This document shows positions 1 to 9,911 of a DNA stretch of 33,727 nt, one piece after another. Numbering within the stretch: the first letter of the stretch is position 1; the number at the start of each line of letters is the position of its first letter. The notes under the pieces are model-generated. The model searched no databases. It was not told the origin of the DNA and saw only the letters and a program-made list of their open reading frames with translations. Source of the DNA: Paludibacteraceae bacterium (GTDB lineage Bacteria > Bacillota_I > Bacilli_A > RF39 > UBA660); assembly GCA_963601985.1 (NCBI GenBank), contig CAVCHK010000049.1, positions 1 through 33,727 on the forward strand. The letters are read 5' to 3'. Both the position numbers and the translations under genes were made by a program.

Positions 1-1
1 T

Positions 2-763
2 AAAAATAATCAAAATAATAATGAACAATTTTATAAAATATATAATGATAGTTTACTTTATAAATTGATTGAAAAATTGAATGATATACAAACTTCTGTA
101 AGATTGTCTACTCATGGTAGTATTATATTTATGACTTTAATTCTTAAATTTTCTGATGAAATAGTGAATATTAATGTTGGTAATACTGGTTTTGAAAATA
201 ATATTATAAAAATTAATGAAAATATAAATAATAGTAATGATAACTTTATTGATTTGAAAAAAAATATTTCCCGGGAAATAAAAAATAAGTTAAGTGATAA
301 GGAAATAAATGTAAGAATTAATAATGCTTTGGCTACTGCTTCAAAGGATGTTTTGAATAATATAAAAAATAAGTTATCTATGATTGATGATTATATATTA
401 AATGATAATTATTCTATTGTTTCTGGGTTACTTAAGGATTTTATTCCGGTTGTTGCTTCAGATGGTTATATTATTTTTTCTAATGAAATGTTGTCTATTG
501 TTGATAGATTTAATGAGAATATTGATGAAATTGAAAAATTTTTAAAAAATATATTTAATTTTGATTTTGCTGTAGTAGCTATTTCGACTAAGAGATGGAA
601 TGAGGAAAAATCTAAATATATTGATAATTTGAAAAATGGTATGAAGTATTCTATTATTAAATCTGATACTTGTGATAAAGATGTTATTAATACTGTTGAT
701 AACAATGAAGTTGTTAATGACTTGATTAGTTTAGTTGGTGAGGATATAATAGAATATAAATAG
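2..763 (+). CDS. dnaX: DNA polymerase III subunit gamma/tau, C-terminal part (5' end lies outside the window)
   Basis: The frame is open from nt 2, with no stop upstream of the TTG at 65 listed in the ORF track. The ...RINNALATASKDVL... segment and the ...LISLVGEDIIEYK tail resemble Firmicute DnaX C-termini. It is followed by ybaB and recR, the conserved dnaX-ybaB-recR arrangement. Confidence 0.75.
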   Translation, partial: KNNQNNNEQFYKIYNDSLLYKLIEKLNDIQTSVRLSTHGSIIFMTLILKFSDEIVNINVGNTGFENNIIKINENINNSNDNFIDLKKNISREIKNKLSDKEINVRINNALATASKDVLNNIKNKLSMIDDYILNDNYSIVSGLLKDFIPVVASDGYIIFSNEMLSIVDRFNENIDEIEKFLKNIFNFDFAVVAISTKRWNEEKSKYIDNLKNGMKYSIIKSDTCDKDVINTVDNNEVVNDLISLVGEDIIEYK

Positions 764-779
764 AAAGGAATGATTTTAT

Positions 780-1076
780 ATGAATATGCAGAATTTAATG
801 ATGCAAGCAAAAAAAATGCAAAAGGATATTGAAAAGGCACAAAGTGAGTTGGAATCTAAGAATTATGAGGGTAAATCACAACTCGTTAGTGCTATTGTTA
901 GTGGTAAAGGAAAACTTATTTCTTTGAATATTGAAATGGATGGTATATCTTCTGATGATAAGGAAATGTTGGAGGATATGATTTTGATAGCTATTAATAA
1001 TGCAATTGATAAGATGGAAAAGGATAAGGCTGAAAAGTTTGGCAAATATGGTCAAATGTTTAATGGTTTAATGTAA
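780..1076 (+). CDS. ybaB: nucleoid-associated protein YbaB/EbfC
   Basis: 98 aa. MNMQNLMMQAKKMQKDIEKAQSEL... is a typical YbaB N-terminus. Position between dnaX and recR. SD-like AAAGGAA upstream. Confidence 0.9.
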   Translation: MNMQNLMMQAKKMQKDIEKAQSELESKNYEGKSQLVSAIVSGKGKLISLNIEMDGISSDDKEMLEDMILIAINNAIDKMEKDKAEKFGKYGQMFNGLM

Positions 1077-1077
1077 T

Positions 1078-1671
1078 ATGTATCCTAAATGTATTAAAAA
1101 TGTTATTGACTGTTTAAAGGATTTACCTGGTATTGGTGAAAAAACAGCTGAAAGACTTGCTTTTTGTTTAGTTGGTTTTAGTAATGATAAACTTACTTCT
1201 TTTTCTGAAGCTCTTGTTGAGATTAGGGATAAAATTGGTAATTGTGTTATTTGTGGTAATATTACTGATAATGAAGTATGTTATATTTGCTCAGATAAGG
1301 AAAGAAATGATAATATTATTTTTGTAGTTGAAAAGGCTAAGGATATTTCTTTGTTTGAAAAAATTAATATTTATAAAGGTAAGTATCACGTTTTAGGTGG
1401 TTTGATTTCTCCTCTTGATGGTATTGGTCCTGATGATGTTAATATTAATAGCTTGATTGATAGGATTAAAAAGGGTAATGTGAGTGAAGTTATTATAGCT
1501 TTAAAACCTTCTGTTGAAGGGGAAACTACTATGCAATATATTAAAAAGTTATTGGAAAAGTGTGATGTTAGGGTTACTCGTATTGCTACAGGTGTTCCTA
1601 TTGGTACTGATATTGAGTATATTGATTCTATGACATTGGAATTTGCATTGGAGGGAAGAAAAGACATATAA
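1078..1671 (+). CDS. recR: recombination protein RecR
   Basis: 197 aa. HhH LPGIGEKTAERLAF, zinc finger CVICGN...CYIC, and a Toprim region (VVEKAKD...). The start is 1 nt after the ybaB stop (TAATATG). Confidence 0.95.
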   Translation: MYPKCIKNVIDCLKDLPGIGEKTAERLAFCLVGFSNDKLTSFSEALVEIRDKIGNCVICGNITDNEVCYICSDKERNDNIIFVVEKAKDISLFEKINIYKGKYHVLGGLISPLDGIGPDDVNINSLIDRIKKGNVSEVIIALKPSVEGETTMQYIKKLLEKCDVRVTRIATGVPIGTDIEYIDSMTLEFALEGRKDI

Positions 1672-1705
1672 GTTTTTTGTTATCATATATTTTATTGGTG
1701 ATATT

Positions 1706-1894
1706 ATGCTTTATATAGTTAATAAATTTGTTAAAAAGATGGTTTTTAGTTTTTTGTTTATTTATGCTTTTAATGTTATTATGTATCCTGTAAATATGAT
1801 AATATCATTTAATTTTATTAATGTTTTTTTGATTACTTTTTTTGGATTTCCTTATGTAATTGTTTTTTCTGTTTTTTCGCTTTTGTGTTTTTAG
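1706..1894 (+). CDS. small two-TM membrane protein, BofA-like (pro-sigma-K processing inhibitor family candidate)
   Basis: Internal ATG at 1706 of ORF 1643..1894; the longer form would overlap recR. FNVIMYPVNMIISFNFINVFLITFFGFPYVIV resembles the B. subtilis BofA core VNMF...PINLVTTAISGILGIPGI. The position after recR matches B. subtilis recR-yaaL-bofA. Confidence 0.45.
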   Translation: MLYIVNKFVKKMVFSFLFIYAFNVIMYPVNMIISFNFINVFLITFFGFPYVIVFSVFSLLCF

Positions 1895-1906
1895 GTGGGT
1901 GATTTG

Positions 1907-2842
1907 ATGTTAGAGGTTTATAAAGATGGACAACCTGTTTTATATCATATGTTAAATAATGCTATTATTAATAATAAAATTTCTCATGCTTATTTATTTG
2001 ATTCTAATGGTAATTCTGATGTTTTTGACATTGTTATGTCTTTTGTTAAGGATATTGTTTTATTTGATAGTGGAGATTCTTTTGATAGTAATATTGTTAA
2101 AAGGATTGATGATGGTAATTATCTTGATGTTGTTTGTATTGAACCTGATGGTCTTTGGATAAAAAAAAATCAGATTATTGATTTACAACGTGAATTTAAT
2201 AAGAGAGCTATAGAGGGAAAAAGAAAAATATATATTGTTAAATCTGCTGAAAAGATGAATATTCAAACGTCTAATTCTATTTTGAAGTTTTTAGAGGAAC
2301 CTGTAGATGATATTATTGCTATATTAATTGTTGATAATATTAATTTGGTTTTGCCCACTATTATTTCTAGGTGTCAGGTAATTAAACTTAATAAAAAGTT
2401 TTTTTCTGATTCTAGTGTGGATAATTTTAGATATTTATTTAATTCTTCTAAATATTTGAGCTTTTCTGATGATAAGATTTCTGAATTTATTTATAATGTT
2501 ATTGAATTTATTAAATTTCTTGAGAATAATAAACTAGATACTTTTATTTTTGTTAAGAGTTTATGGCATAATAAATTTAAGGATAGAGAAGACAATTTAA
2601 TTGCTATTGAAATTATGATAAGTTTTTATTATGATATAATTAAGTATTTTGCTAAGAATAGTGTTGATTTTTTTAGTGATAGGCTTTATGATATAGATTG
2701 TATTTCAAAAGTTAATTCTATTTCTTCAGTTTCTAATAAGATTTATGTTCTTGATAATATTAAAAATAAATTGAAAATTAATATGAATATTAATTTACTT
2801 ATTGATAAAATGATTATGGATATGTGTGGTGATGATAAATGA
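1907..2842 (+). CDS. holB: DNA polymerase III subunit delta'
   Basis: N-terminus MLEVYKDGQPVLYHMLNNAIINNKISHAYLF, plus ...KIYIVKSAEKMN...SNSILKFLEEP...TIISRCQ motifs. ATG at 1907 lies 8 nt after AGGTGG; the GTG at 1895 abuts the upstream stop. Confidence 0.85.
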   Translation: MLEVYKDGQPVLYHMLNNAIINNKISHAYLFDSNGNSDVFDIVMSFVKDIVLFDSGDSFDSNIVKRIDDGNYLDVVCIEPDGLWIKKNQIIDLQREFNKRAIEGKRKIYIVKSAEKMNIQTSNSILKFLEEPVDDIIAILIVDNINLVLPTIISRCQVIKLNKKFFSDSSVDNFRYLFNSSKYLSFSDDKISEFIYNVIEFIKFLENNKLDTFIFVKSLWHNKFKDREDNLIAIEIMISFYYDIIKYFAKNSVDFFSDRLYDIDCISKVNSISSVSNKIYVLDNIKNKLKINMNINLLIDKMIMDMCGDDK

Positions 2843-3615
2843 ATGTAGTTGGTGTTAAGACTAGTGATAATGGTAAGGTTTTATATTATAGTTATGATGG
2901 TCTTAATTTAAAGAATAATTTAACTGTTATTGTTGTTGATAGTAGGGGTCTTCAATTTGCTAGGGTTACTGATTTTGCTGAGGTTTCTGATAATTCTGAT
3001 TATGAGAGGGTAATCAGGGTAGCTACTAAAAAGGATTATCATCAGCATTTAAGTAATATTGAAGAGGCTAAGGTGGCATTGGAATTGTGTAGGAGTATTG
3101 TTAAAAAGAATAATCTTAATATGAATATTATTGATGCTACTTATAATTTTGATAGGTCTCAGTTGTTGTTTAGGTTTTTGTCTCTTGAACGTGTTGACTT
3201 TAGAGGGTTAGCTAAGGAGCTTGGTGGTAAACTTAGAACGAGAATTGAACTTAGGCAAATTGGTATTAGAGATAAGGCTAAGGAAATGGGGGGTATTGGT
3301 CCTTGTGGTAGATTTTTGTGTTGTTCTACTTTTCTTAATGGATTTGATGCTGTATCTATTAGTATGGCTAAAACTCAGGGGCTTGCTTTAAATCCTAATA
3401 AAATTAATGGAGTTTGTGGTAGGCTTTTATGCTGTTTGAATTATGAAAATGAGCAATATATTGATGCTAAAGTGGATATTCCAGATGTTGGTAAAAAAAT
3501 TGTTATAGATGGTAAAAGTGGAAAGGTTATTAGTTCTGAACCTTTATTACATAGATACAAGGTTTTGATTGATAATGAGATTATTGAGGTAAATAAAGAT
3601 GATAGTAAAGAATAG
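2839..3615 (+). CDS. ricT: PSP1-domain protein RicT/YaaT (stage 0 sporulation / regulatory iron-sulfur complex subunit)
   Basis: 258 aa. Cys motifs GPCGRFLCCSTFL and GVCGRLLCCLNYE are typical of YaaT/PSP1. ATGA overlap with the holB stop. holB-yaaT synteny. Confidence 0.9.
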   Translation: MNVVGVKTSDNGKVLYYSYDGLNLKNNLTVIVVDSRGLQFARVTDFAEVSDNSDYERVIRVATKKDYHQHLSNIEEAKVALELCRSIVKKNNLNMNIIDATYNFDRSQLLFRFLSLERVDFRGLAKELGGKLRTRIELRQIGIRDKAKEMGGIGPCGRFLCCSTFLNGFDAVSISMAKTQGLALNPNKINGVCGRLLCCLNYENEQYIDAKVDIPDVGKKIVIDGKSGKVISSEPLLHRYKVLIDNEIIEVNKDDSKE

Positions 3616-4321
3616 ACTTTTAAATTATGGTGAGTGTTACATTTTTCAAGATACTGAATATTTTAAATTTTCTTTGGATTCGGTATTGCTTGCTAATTTT
3701 GTAACTATTAATAAAAGAGATAGAAAAATAATTGATATTGCTACGGGTAATGCACCAATACCTATGTTACTTACATATAGAACAAATGCTAAGATTTTTG
3801 GTATTGAAATTCAAAGTGTTATTTATAGTCTTGGTATTGTTTCTGTAAAGGAAAATAATATGAATAATCAGATTTCTTTGATTAATGATGATGCTAAGAA
3901 TTTGGTTAATAGGTTTGAATCTGATACTTTTGATGTTATTACTTGTAATCCTCCTTATTTTAAAACTGAGAGTGTTGCATGTAGAAATAATAATATGGTT
4001 AAATCTATTGCTAGACATGAGGATTCTCTTAATTTAGAGGATGTTATGGTTATAAGTAAGAAAATACTTAAAAATAATGGTAGAGTTGCTTTAGTTCATA
4101 GAACTGAGAGATTTGTAGAAATTTTGAATACTATGCAAAAGTATAATATTGAGCCAAAGAGGGTTAGATTTGTTTATTCAAAAGAGGGAAAGAATAGTAA
4201 TTTAGTATTAATTGAGGGTATAAAGAATGGCAAACCTGGTTTAAAATTATTACCTCCTTTAATTATTTATGATAATGATGGTAATTATACTAAAGAGGTT
4301 AGTATGATGTTTGGAGAGTGA
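3599..4321 (+). CDS. SAM-dependent N6-adenine methyltransferase, YabB/TrmN6 (YfiC)-like
   Basis: 240 aa. NPPY motif (ITCNPPYFK) and the F.FSLDSVLLANF N-terminus typical of the family. 17-nt overlap with ricT. Its position matches B. subtilis yabB. Confidence 0.8.
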   Translation: MIVKNRLLNYGECYIFQDTEYFKFSLDSVLLANFVTINKRDRKIIDIATGNAPIPMLLTYRTNAKIFGIEIQSVIYSLGIVSVKENNMNNQISLINDDAKNLVNRFESDTFDVITCNPPYFKTESVACRNNNMVKSIARHEDSLNLEDVMVISKKILKNNGRVALVHRTERFVEILNTMQKYNIEPKRVRFVYSKEGKNSNLVLIEGIKNGKPGLKLLPPLIIYDNDGNYTKEVSMMFGE

Positions 4322-4325
4322 TTAT

Positions 4326-5165
4326 ATGGTTCAGAATAGTTATGATGGTAGTTCTACTTTGTATTTAATTTCTACTCCTATTGGAAATTTAGATGATATT
4401 ACTTATAGGAGTGTTAAAGTTTTAAAAGATGTTGATGTTATTTTTTCTGAAGATACGAGAGTAACTTTAAACTTACTTAATTATTTAGGAATTAATAAAA
4501 AACTTATTGCTCTTCATGAGCATAATGAGGATATTGTTAAGGAAAAAGTACTTGTATATTTAAAGAATGGTAATAACGTTGCTTTGGTTACTGATAGGGG
4601 AACTCCTGTTATTAGTGATCCTGGTTTTAAAACTGTTAAGTATATAGCAGATAATAATTATAATGTTGTGGCTCTTCCTGGGCCTACGGCATTTGTTCCT
4701 TCTCTTATTACTTCAGGTATTGCTCCTCAACCTTTTTTATTTTATGGTTTTTTGGATAGTAAGGATAGTTTGAAAAAAAGTGAACTTGAGAGGTTATCAG
4801 ATGAGGAGGAAACTATTATTTTTTATGAGGCTCCTCATAGGATAAATAGAACTTTAAATATGATGTTAGATGTATTTGGGGATAGAAATATTAGTGTGTC
4901 TAGGGAGATATCTAAGAAGTTTGAGACTATTTATCGTGGTAAGATTAGTGATATTATTAATATTATTCCTGAGAAAGGTGAATTTGTTATTGTTGTTGAG
5001 GGTATGAAGGATAAAATTGTTGATAATAGTATTTCTGTTAAAACTGCAGTTGATAATTATATTAGGGCAGGATTTGATGTAATGAGTTCGATTAAGAAAG
5101 TTGCTAAGGATAGGGGTGTTGCTAAAAATGTTATATATATTGAATATCATAGGGAGGAAGAGTAA
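4326..5165 (+). CDS. rsmI: 16S rRNA (cytidine1402-2'-O)-methyltransferase
   Basis: TP-methylase fold motifs LYLISTPIGNLDDITYRS...SEDTR...TDRGTPVISDPG. ATG at 4326 lies 7 nt after GGAGAG; the TTG at 4311 overlaps the upstream gene. Confidence 0.9.
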   Translation: MVQNSYDGSSTLYLISTPIGNLDDITYRSVKVLKDVDVIFSEDTRVTLNLLNYLGINKKLIALHEHNEDIVKEKVLVYLKNGNNVALVTDRGTPVISDPGFKTVKYIADNNYNVVALPGPTAFVPSLITSGIAPQPFLFYGFLDSKDSLKKSELERLSDEEETIIFYEAPHRINRTLNMMLDVFGDRNISVSREISKKFETIYRGKISDIINIIPEKGEFVIVVEGMKDKIVDNSISVKTAVDNYIRAGFDVMSSIKKVAKDRGVAKNVIYIEYHREEE

Positions 5166-5734
5166 TGAAATTAATAGTAGGTCTTGGTAATCCTGGACGA
5201 AGGTATTGTTATACTAGGCATAATGTTGGTTTTGATGTTGTTGATTTGCTTGCTTTGAAGTTTGATTTGTCTTTTAGTGAGAATATGAAGTTTAATGCAT
5301 TTGAGTCTAGTTTTAATTTGAATGGTGAGAAGGTTATTATTATTAAGCCTTTGACTTATATGAATTTATCTGGTAGTTGTGTTTCTTTGTATGTTAATTA
5401 TTATAATCTTGACTTATCTGATATTTTAATTGTTCAGGATGACTTGGATATGTCTCTTGGAAAAATCAGGTTTGTTTTTGATAGTTCTAGTGGTGGTCAT
5501 AATGGTATTAAAGATATTATATTTAAACTTGGTAGTCAGAGGTTTTCTAGATTAAAGATTGGTATTTCTAATGATAAGGATATTGATACTAAGGATTATG
5601 TTTTAGGTAAATTTAGTGGTGCTGAATCTAGATTACTTAAGGAAACTTATAAAAAACTTTATAATCTTGTAGAGGATTTTATTTTGTATGATGCTAATAT
5701 GTTAAAACAGATTTATAATAGTAAAAATGATTAG
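5165..5734 (+). CDS. pth: peptidyl-tRNA hydrolase
   Basis: MKLIVGLGNPG..Y..TRHNVGF and ...GGHNGIKDI motifs. Start overlaps the rsmI stop by 1 nt (TAATG). SD GGGAGGA. Confidence 0.95.
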   Translation: MKLIVGLGNPGRRYCYTRHNVGFDVVDLLALKFDLSFSENMKFNAFESSFNLNGEKVIIIKPLTYMNLSGSCVSLYVNYYNLDLSDILIVQDDLDMSLGKIRFVFDSSSGGHNGIKDIIFKLGSQRFSRLKIGISNDKDIDTKDYVLGKFSGAESRLLKETYKKLYNLVEDFILYDANMLKQIYNSKND

Positions 5735-5760
5735 GATACACTAAGTTGTATCTTTTGTTT
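5734..5760 (+). terminator. hairpin plus T-run between pth and mfd (possible partial terminator/attenuator)
   Basis: GGATACA (5734-5740) / TGTATCT (5747-5753) with a 6-nt loop, followed by TTTTGTTT. Confidence 0.35.
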
Positions 5761-5774
5761 GTGGAGATGATATT

Positions 5775-8700
5775 ATGGGTTTATTTGATGGTTTATTTAG
5801 CTTTGATAATAAGAGTGAGTATTTGGTTAATGGTCTTAATAAGGAATTAAATTGTATATATGTATATGATTATTTTATTAAGAATAATAATAGTGTTTTA
5901 CTTGTTACTAATTCTTTATATGAAGCTAATGATTTATATAATAGATTTATTAATTATACTGATAGGGTACTTTTTTTTCCTATGGATGATTTTATGTCTA
6001 GTGAAGTTTCTGCTTTGAGTCTTGATTTTATAGTTGAGAGGCTTTGTACTTTGAATAAAATTATTTCTGGTGATAATTTTATTGTTATTTGCAATTTAAT
6101 GGGGTTACTTAGGTATTTACCTGATAAGAGGTTATATAAGAGTAAAATTATTAATTTGTCTATTTCTAATGATATTAATAGAGATGAACTTATTAATAGA
6201 TTGATTGAATTAGGGTATGGTAAGGTGCCACTTGTTACTAAAACTGGAGAAATGGCTATTAGGGGGTATGTTGTTGATATTTTTCCTATTGGTTTTGATA
6301 ATCCTATTAGAATTGAGTTTTGGGGTGATACTGTTGATAGTATTAAATATTTTGATTTGGATAGTCAGGTTTCTTGTAAGAGTGTAAATAGTGTTTGTAT
6401 TTGTCCTTTTACTGAGTTTTTAGTTGATAATAAGAATAGTATTGACAGTAAAATGTATAAGCAAAAGTATCTTCCTTATTTTTCTGATAGTATTTTTGGT
6501 ATATGGGATTATTTTGATAATTTTACATTTATTTATTATGATTATAATCAGATTATATCTGGTTATAGGTTACTTAGAGAAAGTATTATTAATTATGATA
6601 ATGAAAATGTTGATAGTATTAAAACTAATTATATGTTTGATATTTCAGATGTTAAATATGATAATATAATTTATATGTTGGAATTTGATAATTTAATTGA
6701 TCTTGATATTAAGTGTAAAAGTAATTTTTTATCTTATAATATTGATAATTATGCTGGTGATTTTGAGAAGATTAAAATAAATATTAATAAATATATTGCT
6801 AGTGGTAAAACGGTTATTATGTGTATTGATGATAAGAATGTTGTTAAGAGAATTATTTCTTACTTGGATATTTTAGATGATGTTATTTTTACTAATGAGA
6901 ATGATATTGTTAAGAATAAGATTAATATTATTAGTAAATATATTGTTAATGGTTTTATATATGATGATTATGTTGTTATTTCTTCTAATGATTTATTTGG
7001 TAAAGTTGAAAGTAGAAAAAAAGTTAAAGGAAAGTATAAAGTTGGTAGTAAAATTAGTAATATTGATAACTTGGAGAAAGGTGATTATATTGTTCATATT
7101 GATCATGGTATAGGGCAATATATTGAGATATGTACTCTTAGTAAAAATGGAATAAAGAAAGATTATATTAAGCTTCTTTATGCTGATGGGGATATTTTGT
7201 ATTTGCCTGTAGAGAAAATTGATAAAATTACTAAATTTACTGGTAGAGATGGTGCTATTGTTAGACTTGATAAATTGGATAGTGATTCTTGGAGTAAGAA
7301 AAAAGCAAGGGTTAGAAGTAAACTTAAGAATATTGCTAGTGATTTAATTAGAGTTTCTGCTGAAAGGGAAAATTCTGTTGGTTATGCTTTTAGTCATGAT
7401 GATGAAAATCAAATTTTGTTTGAGAGTAAATTTAAATATGATCCTACTGCTGATCAGATTAGGGCTACACAAATTATTAAGACGGAAATGGAAAAAAATA
7501 AACCTATGGATATGTTATTATGTGGTGATGTTGGTTATGGTAAAACGGAAGTTGCATTTAGGGCTATATTTAAAGCGGTTAATGATGGTAAGCAAGTGGC
7601 TTATCTTTGTCCTACTACTATTTTATCTAGTCAACAGTATAATGCTGCTATAGAAAGATTTAGTGATTTTCCTATTAATATTGCACTTCTTAATAGATTT
7701 ACTTCTGTTCGAGAACAAAATATTATTTTTGATAAACTTAAGACTGGTAAGATTGATATTTTGTTTGGTACGCATAAACTTCTAAATGATAAAGTTGATT
7801 TTAAGGATTTAGGTCTTCTTATTATTGATGAGGAGCAGAGATTTGGGGTTGTTCATAAAGAGAAAATTAAGAAGTATAAATCTAGTATTGATATTCTTAC
7901 TTTGTCTGCTACACCGATACCTAGAACTCTTCAAATGTCAATGTCTGGTATTAGGGGACTTGCCCTTATTGAGACTCCACCTGAGAAGAGAAGACCTATT
8001 CAAACTTATGTTATGCCTGAGAGTAATAATATTATTAAGGATGCTATTTATAAGGAATTATCTAGGGGAGGACAAATATTCTTACTTTATAACCGTATTG
8101 AAAAAATAGATAGTAAACTAGATGAAATTCGGAGGTTGGTTCCTGAGGCTAGGGTTAAATATGCTTATGGTAGAATGACTAAAATTGAGCTTGAGAATAT
8201 TATGATTGATTTTATTAATCATGAGTTTGATATTCTTTTATGTACTACTATAATTGAGACTGGTATTGATATTCCTAATGTAAATACTTTAATTATTCTT
8301 GATGCTGATAGATTTGGATTATCGCAATTGTATCAAATTAGGGGTAGAATAGGTAGAAGTGATAGAATTGGTTATGCTTATCTTATGTATGATAATATGA
8401 AAGAACTTAATGATTTGGCTGTTAAAAGACTTAATACGATAAAAGAATTTACTTCTTTGGGTAGTGGATTTAAAATTGCTATGAGGGATTTATCTATTAG
8501 GGGAGCTGGAGATGTACTTGGTAGTGAACAATCTGGATTTATTGATAGTGTTGGTATTGATTTATATCTTAAAATGTTAAAAGAAGAGGTTGACAAGTTA
8601 AAAGGAATTAATGTCTCTTCAGATAATGTGGAAAGTGTAAAACCATTAATAGAGGTTGAGACTCATATTTCTTCAGAGTATGCTCCTGATGATGAGATTA

Positions 8701-9092
8701 AAATTGAGGTTCATAAACTGATTAATGATATAAATTCTAAGGATGATATAGATAAACTTATTAATACTTTAAATGATAGATTTGGTAAGGTTACTGATGA
8801 AATGATTGTTTATATGCATGAAGAGTGGTTTGAGAAACAGGCTAAACGTCTTGATATTACTCAAACTAAACAGACTAAAACATATGTTGAGATTGTACTT
8901 CCAGAGTATTTGTCTAAAGAAATTGATGGTGAGAAGTTATTTTTAGATGCTTATGAGATATCTAAGTATTTTAGATTTTCTTATAATAATAATCAAATTC
9001 ATATTATATTAGATACTATTAAGCTAGATAAACATTTTGTATATTACTTAAATGATTTACTTGATGTAATTATTAAGGATGTAAAGAAATAG
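5775..9092 (+). CDS. mfd: transcription-repair coupling factor
   Basis: 1105 aa. UvrB-homology N-terminus, CarD/RID-like segment (GDYIVHIDHGIGQY), SF2 helicase motifs (GDVGYGKTEVA, DEEQRFG, LSATPIPRT, RGRIGRS) and a TRG region. pth-mfd-spoVT synteny. Confidence 0.97.
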   Translation: MGLFDGLFSFDNKSEYLVNGLNKELNCIYVYDYFIKNNNSVLLVTNSLYEANDLYNRFINYTDRVLFFPMDDFMSSEVSALSLDFIVERLCTLNKIISGDNFIVICNLMGLLRYLPDKRLYKSKIINLSISNDINRDELINRLIELGYGKVPLVTKTGEMAIRGYVVDIFPIGFDNPIRIEFWGDTVDSIKYFDLDSQVSCKSVNSVCICPFTEFLVDNKNSIDSKMYKQKYLPYFSDSIFGIWDYFDNFTFIYYDYNQIISGYRLLRESIINYDNENVDSIKTNYMFDISDVKYDNIIYMLEFDNLIDLDIKCKSNFLSYNIDNYAGDFEKIKININKYIASGKTVIMCIDDKNVVKRIISYLDILDDVIFTNENDIVKNKINIISKYIVNGFIYDDYVVISSNDLFGKVESRKKVKGKYKVGSKISNIDNLEKGDYIVHIDHGIGQYIEICTLSKNGIKKDYIKLLYADGDILYLPVEKIDKITKFTGRDGAIVRLDKLDSDSWSKKKARVRSKLKNIASDLIRVSAERENSVGYAFSHDDENQILFESKFKYDPTADQIRATQIIKTEMEKNKPMDMLLCGDVGYGKTEVAFRAIFKAVNDGKQVAYLCPTTILSSQQYNAAIERFSDFPINIALLNRFTSVREQNIIFDKLKTGKIDILFGTHKLLNDKVDFKDLGLLIIDEEQRFGVVHKEKIKKYKSSIDILTLSATPIPRTLQMSMSGIRGLALIETPPEKRRPIQTYVMPESNNIIKDAIYKELSRGGQIFLLYNRIEKIDSKLDEIRRLVPEARVKYAYGRMTKIELENIMIDFINHEFDILLCTTIIETGIDIPNVNTLIILDADRFGLSQLYQIRGRIGRSDRIGYAYLMYDNMKELNDLAVKRLNTIKEFTSLGSGFKIAMRDLSIRGAGDVLGSEQSGFIDSVGIDLYLKMLKEEVDKLKGINVSSDNVESVKPLIEVETHISSEYAPDDEIKIEVHKLINDINSKDDIDKLINTLNDRFGKVTDEMIVYMHEEWFEKQAKRLDITQTKQTKTYVEIVLPEYLSKEIDGEKLFLDAYEISKYFRFSYNNNQIHIILDTIKLDKHFVYYLNDLLDVIIKDVKK

Positions 9093-9118
9093 AGTGTAAA
9101 ATTTTATTTCTTTTTTTT
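9085..9118 (+). terminator. rho-independent terminator of mfd
   Basis: AGAAATA (9085-9091, overlapping the stop codon) pairs with TATTTCT (9105-9111). Followed by a run of 7 T. Confidence 0.5.
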
Positions 9119-9122
9119 GTTT

Positions 9123-9151
9123 GTATATTTCTTTATTTATTTGACAGAATA
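9123..9151 (+). promoter_or_regulatory. forespore sigma-G/sigma-F type promoter candidate for spoVT
   Basis: GTATA (9123-9127), 17 nt, CAGAATA (9145-9151). Compare my recalled sigma-G consensus gnATA-N17/18-cAtnnTA (one mismatch). spoVT is sigma-G dependent in B. subtilis. Confidence 0.4.
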
Positions 9152-9173
9152 TTAAAGAAAGTATGGTGAATAT

Positions 9174-9704
9174 ATGAAAACAACTGGTGTTATTAGAAGA
9201 ATAGATGAACTTGGTAGAATTGTTATACCAAAAGAAATTAGAAAGAATTTAAGAATTAAGAATGGAGATAGTTTAGAAATTTTTTTAGAAAGTGATAATA
9301 TTATTTTGAAAAAGTATTCTCAGCTTGAAACTATAGAAAATGTTTCTGTTGATTATGTTGAGGCTTTTAATACTATTATTAAACATAATATAATTATTAC
9401 TGATAGGGATAAGGTTATTGCAGCATCTGGTCCTCTTAAGAAAAAATATTTAGGTAAAGATGTAAATGAGTTTACGGAAAGAAGTATTGAAAGACGTGAT
9501 TCTTTTTCCGAAAAGCAGAAGAAAATATTTCAAATAATTAAGGAAGAAGATGAAAATGGTTATTATTCTTTTTCTTCAATAGTGGATAATGGTGATGCAA
9601 TTGGTAGTGTTATTATTATTTCTACTGATACACCTATTACTGATATAGAAGATAAAATGGGAATTATTTTGGCTAGATTACTTAGTACGCAATTTGCTGA
9701 TTAA
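9174..9704 (+). CDS. spoVT: stage V sporulation protein T (AbrB-type SpoVT domain plus GAF-like C-terminal domain)
   Basis: MKTTGVIRRIDELGRIVIPKEIRKNLRIKNGDSLEIF is the SpoVT/AbrB swapped-hairpin N-domain. The 176 aa length fits SpoVT, not the ~94 aa AbrB. Follows mfd as in Bacillus. Confidence 0.9.
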   Translation: MKTTGVIRRIDELGRIVIPKEIRKNLRIKNGDSLEIFLESDNIILKKYSQLETIENVSVDYVEAFNTIIKHNIIITDRDKVIAASGPLKKKYLGKDVNEFTERSIERRDSFSEKQKKIFQIIKEEDENGYYSFSSIVDNGDAIGSVIIISTDTPITDIEDKMGIILARLLSTQFAD

Positions 9705-9722
9705 TATTAAAAGCATACATTT

Positions 9723-9911
9723 TTATTTTTGTATACTTTCTTTATTATCTAAATTATTTAATGCAAAATCAATGCTTTGATTTATTAATTCGTTTCTGCT
9801 TATATCTATTTTACTAGCTTCAGTGTCTACTTTGTTTAGTGTGTCTATATCTATTCTTATACTAATTACTATTTTTTCGTTATTTGTTTTAATTGGTACA
9901 ATTTTTTCCAT
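9723..9911 (-). CDS. ribbon-helix-helix (CopG/Arc/MetJ-like) DNA-binding protein
   Basis: 62 aa. KIVISIRIDIDTLNKVDTEASKIDISRNELINQSIDFALNNL fits the RHH pattern (beta strand, helix, SR.ELI..AI helix). No obvious SD. Its A/C-ending codons match other - strand genes. Confidence 0.6.
   Translation of the reverse strand: MEKIVPIKTNNEKIVISIRIDIDTLNKVDTEASKIDISRNELINQSIDFALNNLDNKESIQK

Noticed and set aside
2840-4321. Possibility of genetic code 4 (UGA = Trp), given the Mollicutes-like base composition.
   Set aside because: TGA closes holB (2840-2842) and the methyltransferase (4319-4321) exactly where the next gene starts. Trp in conserved positions is TGG. No gene needs an in-frame TGA readthrough.
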